From Vermamoeba vermiformis (taxonomy: Eukaryota), in contig JBEWZL010000066.1 of NCBI GenBank assembly GCA_045837725.1, positions 372,001 to 436,000 of the forward strand: a stretch of DNA of 64,000 bases. Reading direction: 5' to 3'. The notes beneath the pieces were generated by a model that saw nothing but the letters and a program-made list of their open reading frames with translations, ran no database searches and was not told the origin of the DNA. Each line of letters opens with the position of its first letter. Within the stretch, counting starts at the first letter, position 1. Position numbers and translations under genes: made by a program. Positions 44,415-57,021 of the stretch are shown in pieces.

Positions 44415-47260
44415 ATGGCGGAGGAGAAAAAGTAAGGCAATATATTTACGGTTAATTGCGTAATAGAGCGGATCCAAATCCGTGCTTAAATATCTTTTCG
44501 TTTGTCAGATTGTAATAATTTATTTAAATTTATTTTAAACGGCACTATGATATATACTACAATGTCATGTATTTGCTAAGTGGAGGCAGTTTTATCTAAT
44601 TTATTTTATTTAAAGGAATCCGTCCTTCGCGTTGCCAATTTTCATTGCAGGCCTCGCAATTGTAATATATGCCTTTTATTCTTCGAATATCGAACAAGGA
44701 CTAGACACCATTTCTAATACACGCACAACAAATATTGGGTAAGCTCAAAACGAATAAGATTCTGTTTGGCAATTTCAAATCGCGACGTACTTGTTTACTG
44801 TATCGTATTCTAATAGCATTAATATCATATTTATTTAGTTTGGATCAAAATTCATGGTCCATGAAACACATCCCAATGCGCGAAGTCAAACGAGTTGAAT
44901 GGGAAGTTGACGAAGAATTTGCTGCTGAGGTACGCGTTATTTTTCGGTATTACGTATACAATATATCATTCATAGAGCATAATAATATAATATTATTTGG
45001 CAATTTATTCATGAAATTGAATTTTAATTTTTTTCGCGCGGAATAATGACGTCATTTTGTTTGCCGCTGCTTTAAACGTAATTATAATATTGGCATATAT
45101 TAATACTACTACTATTGTACAGTTGGCTCAAAGTCGAGAGCCAGTCATTTTGACAAATACAATGGTCACGACGTGGAAGGCTATGAAGGAGTGGATCAAG
45201 CCCGATTATTTGCCCAATCATCCTGTAAGTACAATATATTTATAGTGCCATTCCTATATAATACAAATAAGCTCAACTCTGAAAGAAAAAAATGCTTCTC
45301 GATAATGATAACTGATCTTGGTACGTTTTGATAGAGTCTGGCCAAGATGAGTGGTTGTCGCGTCGGCCAATCAGCTACATTTGCATATGCCGATAAGAAG
45401 ACTGCTATGGCTAAGTCACCTGCATTGCAAGGCAAAATTAAGACCGAATCCAACTACGTGGAGTATAACTCGACTGGTCCTGAATTCTTTTCGAAGTTAA
45501 TGAACCCTGATAACGGTAAGCTGGCGTATATTAACATATTTAATTCTATTTATTAATTTTAGCACCTTAATTTTCATTTTAATGTTGGATGCGATTTTGT
45601 AACGGCTTGGAGCAAGGTATCAATTTCGTTAATTATGTTTTGTATTTTATAGAGAACTTCTATTACTGGTATGGAAAAGTAGAAGGAGATTTGCGCAACG
45701 ATCTCAACCCAACCAAGAATTTGTGGGCGGATCCAGACTCACAGCGCGCTTACGGCTTGTACATGTGGCTTAGTGAAGGCGAAGTAGGACCTAATTTGCA
45801 TTACGATCAAGACCACAACTTCTTTGTTCAAATTAACGGAACGTAAGTACAAATTCTAAACCCAAAATTAGAAAATATTTCCTTTTATGGATCACGAATT
45901 TTGTCCAACTGGATCCTGCTTTAGTCATCGCTCTTATTACTAATGAAGATAACGCATTAATATATTTATCATTATATAGTAAGAGGTTCGTATTGTTCCC
46001 TCCTTGGGAGTGGCGAGCGCTCTATCCTTACCCGCGAACACATCCAGCGTGGCACAAGTCGCAGGTTGAATTTGACGAGCCTAATTTGGAATCGATGCCT
46101 AACTACGCTACTACTCGCGCTTATCTCGTAAGTAACGCCTATTGTATTGAGTATCTAAATAATTCCACTTCGTAAAAACATCGATCGGATGTGTTGCTAC
46201 CGGATCGAGCTTGTGTAGAAAATTTTAGTTAAACTTTTATTATATTAGGCTAAATTACAGCCGGGCGATGTATTGTACGTACCTCCTTATTGGTGGCATC
46301 ATGTTCGATCAAAAGGACTATCAGGTACGTGAGAATAAGAGACAATGCTTTTGTTTTGTAACGTTACAAAGCAAATTTATTAATTTTATTATCATTTTCA
46401 CTGAAAACAGTGTCCTTGGCGTCGTGGTCCAATAGCAAAGTGTTTCAACGGCTCAAAGAAGTGTACGAGAACGAACTTCAAATTGACACGTACAGCGATC
46501 CTGAAGAGCGAAAAGCTGCTGTTGCCCTATTCATAGGTAAGCCCTATAAAATTATTTCCATATTAGGATATATAATGGCTTTGCGTTAATATTTTTATTA
46601 GAAAAATTGTTTTCTGAAGCCTTCAGCGTGAGTGCGAGACGAGTGTTAAAGAGCGGACTTGCAGCACGATTTGGACCCTTAGAGAATGTATTTAAAGTAA
46701 GTTATTTTATCCAAACGCTCTTTTGACACCGATCTCTAAATGACACGTGTCACTTTATATTTTTCACGCGTGTCAACTGAAAGTCGAATTTTTTTGGTGA
46801 ATGTCCACAAGTTTTTAATTTCTCTTCTTGGATTTCCAAGAGTTAATGTCACGATGTTGTGCTAATAATATTACCATAAAAGGAATTCGAGTCATGGGAG
46901 GACCCAGAATTCTGCTCGTTCAGAAAAAAGTACCCAGCAAAGCACTTCGGCAATGTGTTCAAAGAAGACCTTGAAAATACTTTGCAAGCATTTACAACTT
47001 GCCAAGGTGACGGTATGAACTCATTTTACCAAATAAGGAAATTCAGATATTTTAAATATTTTCTGTTTTGTTTTCGATCGACAATTTTAACCATATTTTT
47101 GCTTATAGATGTTTCTATTGAACGAAAGGATATGAAAGCTATCCGCGAGATTGAAATTTTTGAGTTTATAGAGACTGTTGTAGCGGATGCAGTTGGCGCG
47201 GAAAATTCGTACGCGTTCATGAAAAAATGTTTGTTCAAGACAAAGAACGATGATGAATAA
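44415..47260 (+). CDS. JmjC/cupin-8 Fe(II)/2OG oxygenase (FIH/JMJD8-like) with an N-terminal membrane anchor
   Basis: EPVILTN…WKAMKEW, MWLS…LHYDQDHNFFVQINGTKRFVLFPP, LQPGDVLYVPPYWWHHV (HxD…H); TM FALPIFIAGLAIVIYAFY. Confidence 0.88.
46741..46776. promoter_or_regulatory. Intronic palindromic motif TGACACGTGTCA followed by TTTTTCACG
   Basis: Exact 12-mer at 46741-46752 in a JmjC-gene intron. Confidence 0.5.
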
Positions 47261-47413
47261 ACAAGCGATGGAATAAACAGATTCTATTTTACATATTTTC
47301 GGTTGTCTCTATATACAAGTACCGTTAAAACCGTTAAATTACAAAATTTTCTTATTTCGGATCCAATCCAAAAAAACGCCAAAATTGATTGTTTGCTATT
47401 TTTGTCGAATTCC

Positions 47414-49263
47414 TTATGCAGGAATATCTCTATTAACGTTTTCTTCTAACGCCAGGTTATTTCTGCGGCTCTTTTTAGCTTTAAACGGCTTCTTCAGAAC
47501 GCATAGGAAATTGTAAGGCGTAGAATTCGTTCCAAAAGCGAATAAATGCAAAAATCCGGTTAAACTCGCACTAATTAATAGCGTAACTGACGCTGCAAAG
47601 TCGAGGACTTCAGTAATGCCTAAATTCCTCAAAATAATTTGCCGGATTCGAACGATCGCGCCTGCCAAAATAATGACCAAGAATAGCGCCAAGAAGATTA
47701 CTAAACGAGTTTGCATGCTGCATAGAAATATTAATTAATATAGGTATATTAAAAATAGTGAACGGAGCAAAACTGGGGTAATTTTCCGAGTAGTACGATG
47801 AATAGTCGGAGTAATTTGCCATAAAAGGGAAATAAGTTGATCGCGATGAAGCCACATTAAGAAAGCTTCGAATTAACGGAAAATGTCTTATCTGAGTAGT
47901 CGTTAGATATATCTTATGCCTACCTTGTTATTCGATTTCTTGCCCGAATGTCAGCTTGATCCGGATTCTGCTGTCCACGTCGATTCGTCTAAGGTCAAAA
48001 AATCAGTTAAAATACTCTTCTACATTCATTATATCGTTAATTCTATATGAATTAATGGCCAATTTCGCTTGGCTTACCTTGGCGATTTTATATATCGTTA
48101 TGCCGAGAACAACGGAACAGCCCAATGCGTTCAATGTGACCCAAAAATAATGCGTGGCTAATACCCAAATACCATAGTCTTCGGCGGATATAAAGCACCT
48201 AACAGATACGTTAATCCAAGTCGGTTAAGTTTTCGCTTTACGGATCTATTCTTAGCCCTGCAAAATTAAAATTGATTGCAATTCGCTTTTGCAGGCTAAC
48301 GGTTATTTATATATGATTGGTATTAGTATAGTAATATAAACGAATCTTGATAAGATTAACCGATTAACATGGTAAAATTTCAGTTTACTAACCATATAAA
48401 TCAAATTTCAATTGCCTCGCTCCAGAAATATCAATAAATTTACATATTGAATCGTCAGTTTAAGACTTACCAAGTACTGCCAGGTGCATATTTGCCAGCT
48501 GCTAGGTTGGCTATGACTGGAATTAACGGGACGCCAAATCCAATAACCAGAAACTTGATCACCGTTCGTCTAGGATTTAACGAGACTCTGGATAGTACAA
48601 CCAATATATAGAGCTTAATAAAAATCACATTAGACAAGTCCTAAAGTCAAATCTACTTCAAATTTATCGGGATGAAATTATCGCAATGCTTGTCAAAATA
48701 AAATTATAGTGGCTTCAATACAGCATTATAATATTGATTCGTATAATAGCTGAATCCCGATCAAATATCGATCAAGATCTAGCGACAATACCGAACACAA
48801 ATTTCACAAACGGTGTTTACCTGAACCGTCATTAAGCAGACCCATACGTTCCACGAAAAGAAGCCATAATGTATAATTACACCTTAATAATATCAGTGTT
48901 AATTTTAAACAAGTTACTTTGCACGAATTTCTCGGATGCGAATAATTAATTTACCTTGGACTGTACATAATGGAGAAGGGTACGGAGATAGTGCAGGACG
49001 TCCAGCCATAGTCCCGAATGGTACCCCAAAGCTCTGAATCACGACTGGAATTATTGAAAATAAAAAAATATTTGAGGGGTATTTTCTGGATGCTGGATCG
49101 AGGCTAAAAACAAGAATAATGCGTTAGAATAATACGCCATGGCACACAGGCACAAATTTGCCTACCTATATCCGATCAAAATAAACGCGTTTAACAAAAA
49201 CGAAATCCATCCCAAAGTGTCGCTGACAATGAACAAAGTAATTCTTTCTTCTGCACTCACCAT
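47414..49263 (-). CDS. Seven-TM receptor, cAMP-receptor/Frizzled-like GPCR superfamily
   Basis: TM1 LGWISFLLNAFILIGY, SRKYPQIFFLF, LCTVQG…IHYGFFSWNVWVCLM, extracellular CFIS, QTRLVIFLALFLVII, SLTGFLHLFAFGT. Multi-exon; boundaries approximate. Confidence 0.65.
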
Positions 49264-50751
49264 AGCCTCATTTATAAACTATACGCAAGTACTACGACAA
49301 TTTAGACAAATAAGGCGTTGTTCTCCAGGCAGAACAACAATAAAATTACCAAAATAATTTTGCCGTCTGGAGATCGTTCACTGAACCGAAAAAAACCACA
49401 GAGTGACAACAAATCTCATCATTTCGATAATACCAACGACTGGTGAAGATATTTTCATGACCAGGTACGCATTTGGACTCGCTGCAAAACTTGTCTCGAG
49501 TCAGATTCAATTCAAGAAAATCTTTTTTGATTTTCGGTGGAAAGATCTGCGCGCACAAACCTAATTTCAATTGAATTATTATAAATTTATCATTATTAGA
49601 CATTTGCACTGGAAAAGTAGGTCGACCAAGCCTTACCAAATCGTTATTTTTAATTAAATATTTCTTCTCGATCGAGCGAACGATGAAGAACATCAAATAT
49701 TTGCTTAAATATGGCTTATCTGTACATACACATTTTATAAATTAATATCCAACAAAGATTTGTGGCTTTATGTCACCTGAAATTATTATTACGTTCGTAA
49801 CAATTACTTTTACACAAGATTTTGTAACGTCTAGCGGCCCGCTTATGATTCACATTGCTCGCTATTAACTGACAATTATACTCGGCTAAGCTATCTTCGG
49901 TCTACGACCCTTACGGAGTCAAATTGAGTCGTAGGGTCTCATGTAAAGTTTCGAAATTGAACTGAGACTTGGATCGGGCGCCAATAGCGAAAAAACTCTT
50001 CATCTAAGGCTCGATAAGTTGTATTTTTAAATCGTCATCTATATAGATGCGAAGTAGTTGTTTAGCTAGATTGGAATTGAGTACCGGGCCTCCACATCCT
50101 GGTCTGAGCCATCAAAATGACCTTAGATGAGAAAGAATTGTGATTACGAATCGGATGTGAGCATTACCTTACTTTTCAAACACTTAAATAGATGGCACTA
50201 ACGCATTGGTTTCGATTGTCAGCTTTAACGATTTGAAATCATGTCTTTAGTCGCAAATCGATACAATTGCTGATAGTGCATCAATATCATAAACAAAGAT
50301 ATCTTTGTACTTTAGATACGATTGATTGGCAGATTCTCGTAGTGCACCGGGATCTATCGCCATCCCGAAATTTAAGCTGGCGTAACAATGTTATTTCGTT
50401 GTTGTGTTGATTCTCGAAATCAGCTATTTTTAGATATCATGTAATTCATCACCAAATTGATGCAATTTCTTTAGATCAGCTCAAAACGAGCCTCGATGGT
50501 CCGATCAGACTTACGCTAGCTTGATCTCCCTGAAATAGCATTGATCCCGTTTTGGAATTCGAATAATACTACGGGCTGTAATTACAATGCGTACTTTTAC
50601 GAAAATCATCTGATCCACTAACGCCGAAAGCCCAAAAAAACGATTTTTCATGAAATTTCGTTGAAAGTCACGTGCTCGGCCAATAATTTAAAGCTTCAAC
50701 CGATGTTACTCGTTATTCACTCAATCAATTCGACACCACACATCTAATAAC

Positions 50752-52352
50752 ATGACTAAGTTGGCTGTAGTCGTCGCACTTTTTGCTTTGATCGGCATTG
50801 CTGCTCCGCATCTGCTTCATTCTCCTTCTCTGGAAACGTTACTTTGGCTGATAGCCAAAGCTTCAACTACAGAGCAGTCAGTAAGTATCGTCCCTCGATA
50901 TCTTGACGCAAGTTATAACGTTTATACATCCGGATTTGAAGTGGTTGCTAACGAATTTTTAATCTAGACATGGGTGTTTGGAGTGTCCTCAATCTTTGGT
51001 CTGGTGCTTGGTACGCCTCCGTTGAGGCTAAAGCCTCTGGCAACTCTGGCAGCCTCGATAGCTTGTGGGGTTGTAAGTATCTTCTTTTATTCCGTTAAAA
51101 TTTTCGATCAAATCCATGCGCCACCAAAAAATTAATTAACTAACGCATGCCCTTTGCAGCTGCTTACACCGGTCTCGGTAACTTCCCTGTCACCACCTTG
51201 GCTTACTTCAATGTCGACGCTCAACTCGGCAACACCCAAAACTGGGCTCAATTGGATGTTTCTGGCTGTAAGTATTTATTATCATTTACGACCGATACTC
51301 GATGCAGAATCTTTAAACTCGTAAAGATTTACATTAATTCAATTTTAATAATTGTGAATTCCACCAGTAATTGAATTTAATATCGTTTATTTATTACTTT
51401 GATACGCCGCGGTAATTTACTTGCAAATTTGATTTGATTCAATTCGTACCACGACGGTATGTTCGTCATTATGACCATTATTTTCGAGGTTGAAATTATG
51501 TTTGTGAATTGTTTCGGCCCGCTCAAGTCTGAATCTGACACTTTCCGTGCTTAGCTGCTGGTTTCATTGCCAACTCCTACGTCGCCCTCACCGAGAAGGA
51601 CTCTAACGGCAACGTCGTCAATGTCTACGGCTTGAACTCCGTCGTCTGGGGCCTCGTTGATTCTGGCAGCAACAACGGATTGCACTGGGCTACCTTCCAA
51701 GCCACCCAAGCCAACAAGTTCACCGTGACTTTGACTTACTTCGCCTCTGAAGTCGTCGGTACTGTCGATATTGCTGGTACTACCGTCGTTACTCCTCGGT
51801 AAGTTTTCATTTGAGTTTTCCGGATTTGATCGCGCGGCCGGATGTCGCAAATTGACTCGTTCTTATATGATGCCGAATAGACTTACTAACGTTAATAATG
51901 ATAGTACCCTCGAGTCTGTCTTCGCCGTTAAGGACTACCAATACGCCAACAGCGCCAACACCGTGACTTTGACCCTCGGAGTTGCCTCTGGATCTGCTTC
52001 CGCTTCTGCCTCCGGTCAAATCACCGTTGGTACTGGTAACGAGCAAATGTACCTCGTCCTCGCCAGCGATGCCTTGGTTGGTGCTCAACTCAAGCCCGTC
52101 TCGATCTCTGCTTTCGCCAGCGCTTCTTTGTCTGCTAACTTCAACAACGACGTTGTGGCTCAAGTTACTGGCAAGTTTGGCGGATCTGCTTCTGCTCAAA
52201 TTGTCAACGTTACCTTCCCTGCTGGTGCTACTTCCTTCGAGTACGACCCTACCATTGGTAACGGCCCCGTTCCTCAAGTTGCTGGTGGAATCCAATCCGC
52301 TCCTGCTTTGATCTTGATGGCTGCCGTTATGGCCATTAAGTTGTTCTTCTAA
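50752..52352 (+). CDS. Highly expressed secreted/GPI-anchored surface protein of unknown family; one base apparently missing at ~50806
   Basis: Signal peptide MTKLAVVVALFALIGIAA; only the shifted frame ASASFSFSGNVTLADSQSFNYRAV joins exon 2 in phase. A/S/G/V-rich with strong codon bias; ends YDPTIGNG…APALILMAAVMAIKLFF. Confidence 0.8.
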
Positions 52353-52582
52353 ATTACTAGTTAGTAGTAATTTATCTATTACTTTGGTATAAATAGTAGT
52401 AGTTTTATTTATTTAAGATGTTGCATGGATCTTGTTGTAACTCTCTAGTTAATATTGATAAATAATTAAAAATCAAATAGCTCAATTACTGATGACAATA
52501 CCGCGAGCTGCCGATAATTAATCTTCCTCTGTCTACTTATCACAACTAACTTTATTTCTAAAATTTCCTAAAACGGAAACTC

Positions 52583-55500
52583 TCAAATCAATCGTTCTCG
52601 TGAGTTAGCCGACGATTCAGTGATAGCGGAGTAACTCGACTCCTCGTCTAAGAAAATATGAACCTCATCCTTCGAAAGGACTTGCTTGACTTCCTCGACA
52701 ATGGTCGCATCTTGCAACTGAGCCTTGATCTTCTCAAAGTTTCGTTCGATGTGCGTGTACAAGCTGATAAGGCCTTGGTCTTTGGCGGCACGAGGAATAT
52801 CGACGTCAACTGGATCGTTCATGACAACCTAGATAGAGCTAATCAGTATATGACGATAAAGTGTGATTTCTGAGGCAAAATGGATTCCATCCATGACTTA
52901 CGGTAATGGTGTCATAATATCTGTGGAGCTTGGGCAAGTTTCTAGTTAAGAATTCGTTCATGAACAAGAAGTCCTTTTCGTGCGGCATGAACTGGACTTC
53001 ATTCGCAAGCTTGGTCAACACGCGTGCAATCAACATTAGCGCACGTGGTGTAGCGGTTAGATTGCGTGCGCTGACGATGCCGTTTGTGGTGGACAACAAG
53101 ACTGACGGGGAGATGAAGCGCAAGAACAAAAATGCACCGATGGACTTGTAGGCACTGTTCGGGAACTTGTTCTCGACGTTGGTCCGCAACATTTGACAGA
53201 GCTGTTGGATCTGCTGAGGCATGCGTTGTGGTTGGTCAATGATAGCATTGAACACTTGTTCGCATAGGGCTTGCAAGTTGATACGATTGGCTTCAACATT
53301 ATCTTCGGCATCCAACTTCAAAGTTTCCACCTGTTACATTTTCACGTTAGATCTACATCCATTATCCTTTCAAAAAAGAGCTACTTTCAATTTTTTTTTG
53401 TAGGCGATATTGTGGTGATTAAAATAGCATGTTTTAGTAAAGAGTCGAAAAAGTTGAGGTGTTTGGATCCGGTACGTTACCTCGCAGCGAATGTTATGAC
53501 GAATAATAGGCTCCAATACGGGCTCGAGAATAGCCTTCAAATAACTAGCGCCAATGATGTTAGCGTAGCTGCCCATAATCTTGCTAGCCATGCTGTCTTG
53601 TCGGAACAACGTTGTCTCTTGATGAGTCTTTTGGACCTAAAAAAGATACGCAGCTGTAATTAGCACCTTATTTGAAAGTTAAAAATAGGATTTTAAAATG
53701 AATACGTGCCTCAATGGAAACGAGCTTCTCAAGTAGATCTAAGCAGCATCGTTGAGACTGGAAAATAAAGCTGAGTGCTTTAGCAGTGTGGTCCATTTCA
53801 GCGGCATTGGCTGCGCGACAAACAGCCACTGCTAAGGCGTAGTCGTTTGACGCATCCGTCAGGATCTGAAATTGAAAATAATCAGTCCCGAACCAAAACT
53901 TCCATGAAAATGTCATAATAAAGCTACATTATACTCATTAAAAATTTCTTTGTATTTTGCTACTTACTCGTTCCAATCTTGCCAATCGTTCCGGATGTAC
54001 GTCACCGTTAGGCACCAAAGCATTAGGACCGCGGAAAGGCATGTACTTGACTTGGTCTTGTCGTTGTTTTCTATTGTAGTATAGTATTAAGAAGGTAATA
54101 GCACCTGCTGTAACTGCGGCAATGACGACGACAGTCGGGGCAATGATGCGCGGATCTGCACTGGCCAGGATCTCGCCCACCGTACGGTTCATAGAATCTA
54201 CCAAAATAGCATCATATTAGTATCATCGTATAGTAGGTGCCTAGCTCTACGATATATATGCCGTAGTATTTAAATAGAGTGTTGTCTTACCTCTAATCCA
54301 CGTGCAGTTTGCGGTGCAAGCCGTGCCGCCCAAAGGACCTTGATCGCATTCCTCGCCACTCTGAACAACCAAATCACCGCAAAAAGCTATATAATAACAT
54401 ATTAGTTAACATTATACGCTTGAGATTGCGAACTGAAGTGTTTTTGAACGTTTAAGTTCTCATCCGGTTGGAAGGCTTACCCATAGCTAAAGTCGGAGCA
54501 CCAACGCCAGATTCTCGCGAGTAGAATGATACAGTATCAGTTTGAGAAATAGCGCGCTTGCCTGGGTTCATCATGCTCACACGCAGAGTTAAATAACGAG
54601 AAGTTAAGGCGCGGTCCATCATTGCGAGAGAATTGTCTAAGCTAATAGCAAGACCTTCTTCGTCAATAGTGCACATGGTTAAGCGATCTTGTTCGGTCTT
54701 GTGGAAAGTCAGACCCTCTGTTAAATTAAAAAAGATTATCAGATCGCGCCTTTAAAATTAAAACGGATATTATGCCCCCATAAATATTCAAATACGTAGA
54801 ATATATTAGTGTGATAATATTGGTGTTGTCTAGGAGGCTAAAAAAGAGTTACTTACGTCTGTTAGTGCTGGATACGGTAGTCTCGTCCCAATTATCCACT
54901 TGTTCGATGTAAACAGCGCATTCGTACGTAGTAGGAGATACAACTCTTTGAGCAATACGTTCCAAGAACAAGCTACATGGTAGTAGTGTTGTTAGACGGA
55001 TGATTTGTAACGGATTTACCAAACGAAATCTTTTGAATGAATAAGAGCACTTACGTAAGAGAGTTCATGCTATTAACGTTATCAGGGATATTCCACTTCA
55101 AGTAGATATCGATGTAGTAGCTCAGCACAAGCTCGTCGCTGCTGCCGTTAACCGGAGAGGTGACCGAGTTGTCGTTCTGGCGAAAAAAAAGTAAGCTACT
55201 GCTCTTAAATATTTAAATTTAATATGTCGTCATATGATCTTTAGCGTTAAATTCAAAATTTGAAATTGTTTAAGGCGGATCTAACAGCAGATTTGGCGGT
55301 ACAATATGCCTGATTTCGCTATTCTCGAGCAATAGCTATAAAAACGATATTATTAGTACTTACGCTAAGCGAAGTATCGCCGCCAGCCCAGAACAAGGTC
55401 GGTTGTTCTTGATCCTCTCCATCCACCACAACAGGCGTAGCAACAGGACCACTCACTGGAGATCCAGCAGTAGGTGAATAGCCTGTAGGGGATTGAGTAG

Positions 55501-56474
55501 GTGGAATCGATGGCGCTAATGGATTTGACGAGGGGATGTAGCTCGGGATAGGTGGGATCGATGGCGCTAATGGATTTGACGGCGGCGGGATGTAGTAGGT
55601 CGGAGTAATGGGCGCGATAGACGGCGCCATGGGATTGCCGTATGGAGTATCAATAGGAGAGCTCGATGGTGGTATTGAAGGGGCAATAGGATTGTCTATT
55701 GGGGGACTCACGTATGTAGGAACAGAGACAACTGCAGGCGCATCTAAATAAAGTCAATTAATATTGTAGAATGCATCTATATAATAATGATAGGTCCGAG
55801 TATATTAAATTATACTAGCAGAGGTATTAAGTGTAATCGAACGCTTAGGAGATGGTTTGGTTCGCATTGCGAATCTGATCTCGTTCTAAAAATAGCTCCC
55901 AAATTGATTATGACTTGGGAAGTGGCATAATAAGAGTATCGATATCGAATTTAATCATTATCTCGATGGCTCAAGTGTTGGCGGGCACATCCGATGTTTA
56001 ATTCAATTGCTATTTGGATTATTAGAACACTTACTTGTCATATTGATTGCTTGCTCGAGTAAAGCTGCGTCGATATCATTCTAAATAAGAAACTACATTA
56101 GGAAATGACTCATAAGCATAACTGTTACGTAATGGAATGAATTTTTGTCGTTGAATCGCAATCGCCCGTAACAAGGTTTAATTTGTAAATGGCGTCATTG
56201 CTCAAATATTAAGTATATTTAAGCGAATAGTATTATAAGTGGTCGCTTCACTGAAGTATATCATCGTTAGATAATTTCAAAAAGTTGGAAATTCAAAATA
56301 ATGATCTACTCTTTTGTTTAATTAAATTGCTTACTGATTCATTTTCTGCGCATAATACTCCACTAAGTGACGCTATTATATACAGATTATTACTACATTG
56401 TTACGATTTTGTTTCAGGATGTGATTGATCTTACCAACCGCAATTACGCACACAAATAATGACAACCACTTCAT
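52583..56474 (-). CDS. Single-pass transmembrane receptor with a cytoplasmic RasGAP domain
   Basis: Signal peptide MKWLSLFVCVIAV; Pro-rich stalk; globular beta domain; CGDLVVQSGEECD…CTANC disulfide repeat; TM IIAPTVVVIAAVTAGAITFLILYY; GAP motifs TTLFRQDSMASK, YLKAILEP, GAFLFLRFISP, LIARVLTKLAN. Confidence 0.85.
55490..55700 (-). repeat. Coding Pro-rich tandem repeat (NP[L/M/I]APSI[P/A]P x4)
   Basis: Near-identical 31-nt blocks at 55500-55530 and 55551-55581, plus two diverged copies. Confidence 0.8.
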
Positions 56475-57021
56475 ATTTAATGCTGTCAATATTGTGGCAC
56501 TATGTACAAATAAATAACATAAATTAAGTGCACAAAAAGCGCAACGAGTCTCATTTTTGGTTGACGTTTTGGATGACACTTTTAACGACGTGACAGGTCA
56601 AGTAGGAATTCAGCTAAAAGGACATTAGGCACTCGAATAAGAAGTAGACTCTACCGATCTATTCTTTTTTGAGGATCCGTACTGAATAATCAAAGAAATA
56701 TTGACTGTAATGAAAATAGGTGACATTCGTCACGTGATTGTCAGTATTTGTGACGTTACAAGTCGTCATTATTTGGGACCTTCCTACAAAAAAACCAATT
56801 TTGCCATGGCTACTCGCCATGACTTTCCAGAATAGCTACTAGGTAACATTCGTTTATAGAGATATTAGCTCAAGGTTTTTTACAAGGTTTTTAACGAGCT
56901 TGTGTGCAGATACGTAGTCGTAGTACAAAGACCGTAAGTGTCGCGGAGATCTGATCCTTAGACATGCGTACAAGCAGTTACTAAACGACCCTTTATTCAA
57001 TGAGCAAGTGTAATGTACTAT

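Noticed and set aside
22385-56474. Functional cluster linking the Kelch-F-box-Ras gene and the receptor RasGAP
   Set aside because: They are ~28 kb apart with many unrelated genes between, and Ras-pathway genes are numerous in amoeboid protists, so co-location is weak evidence.
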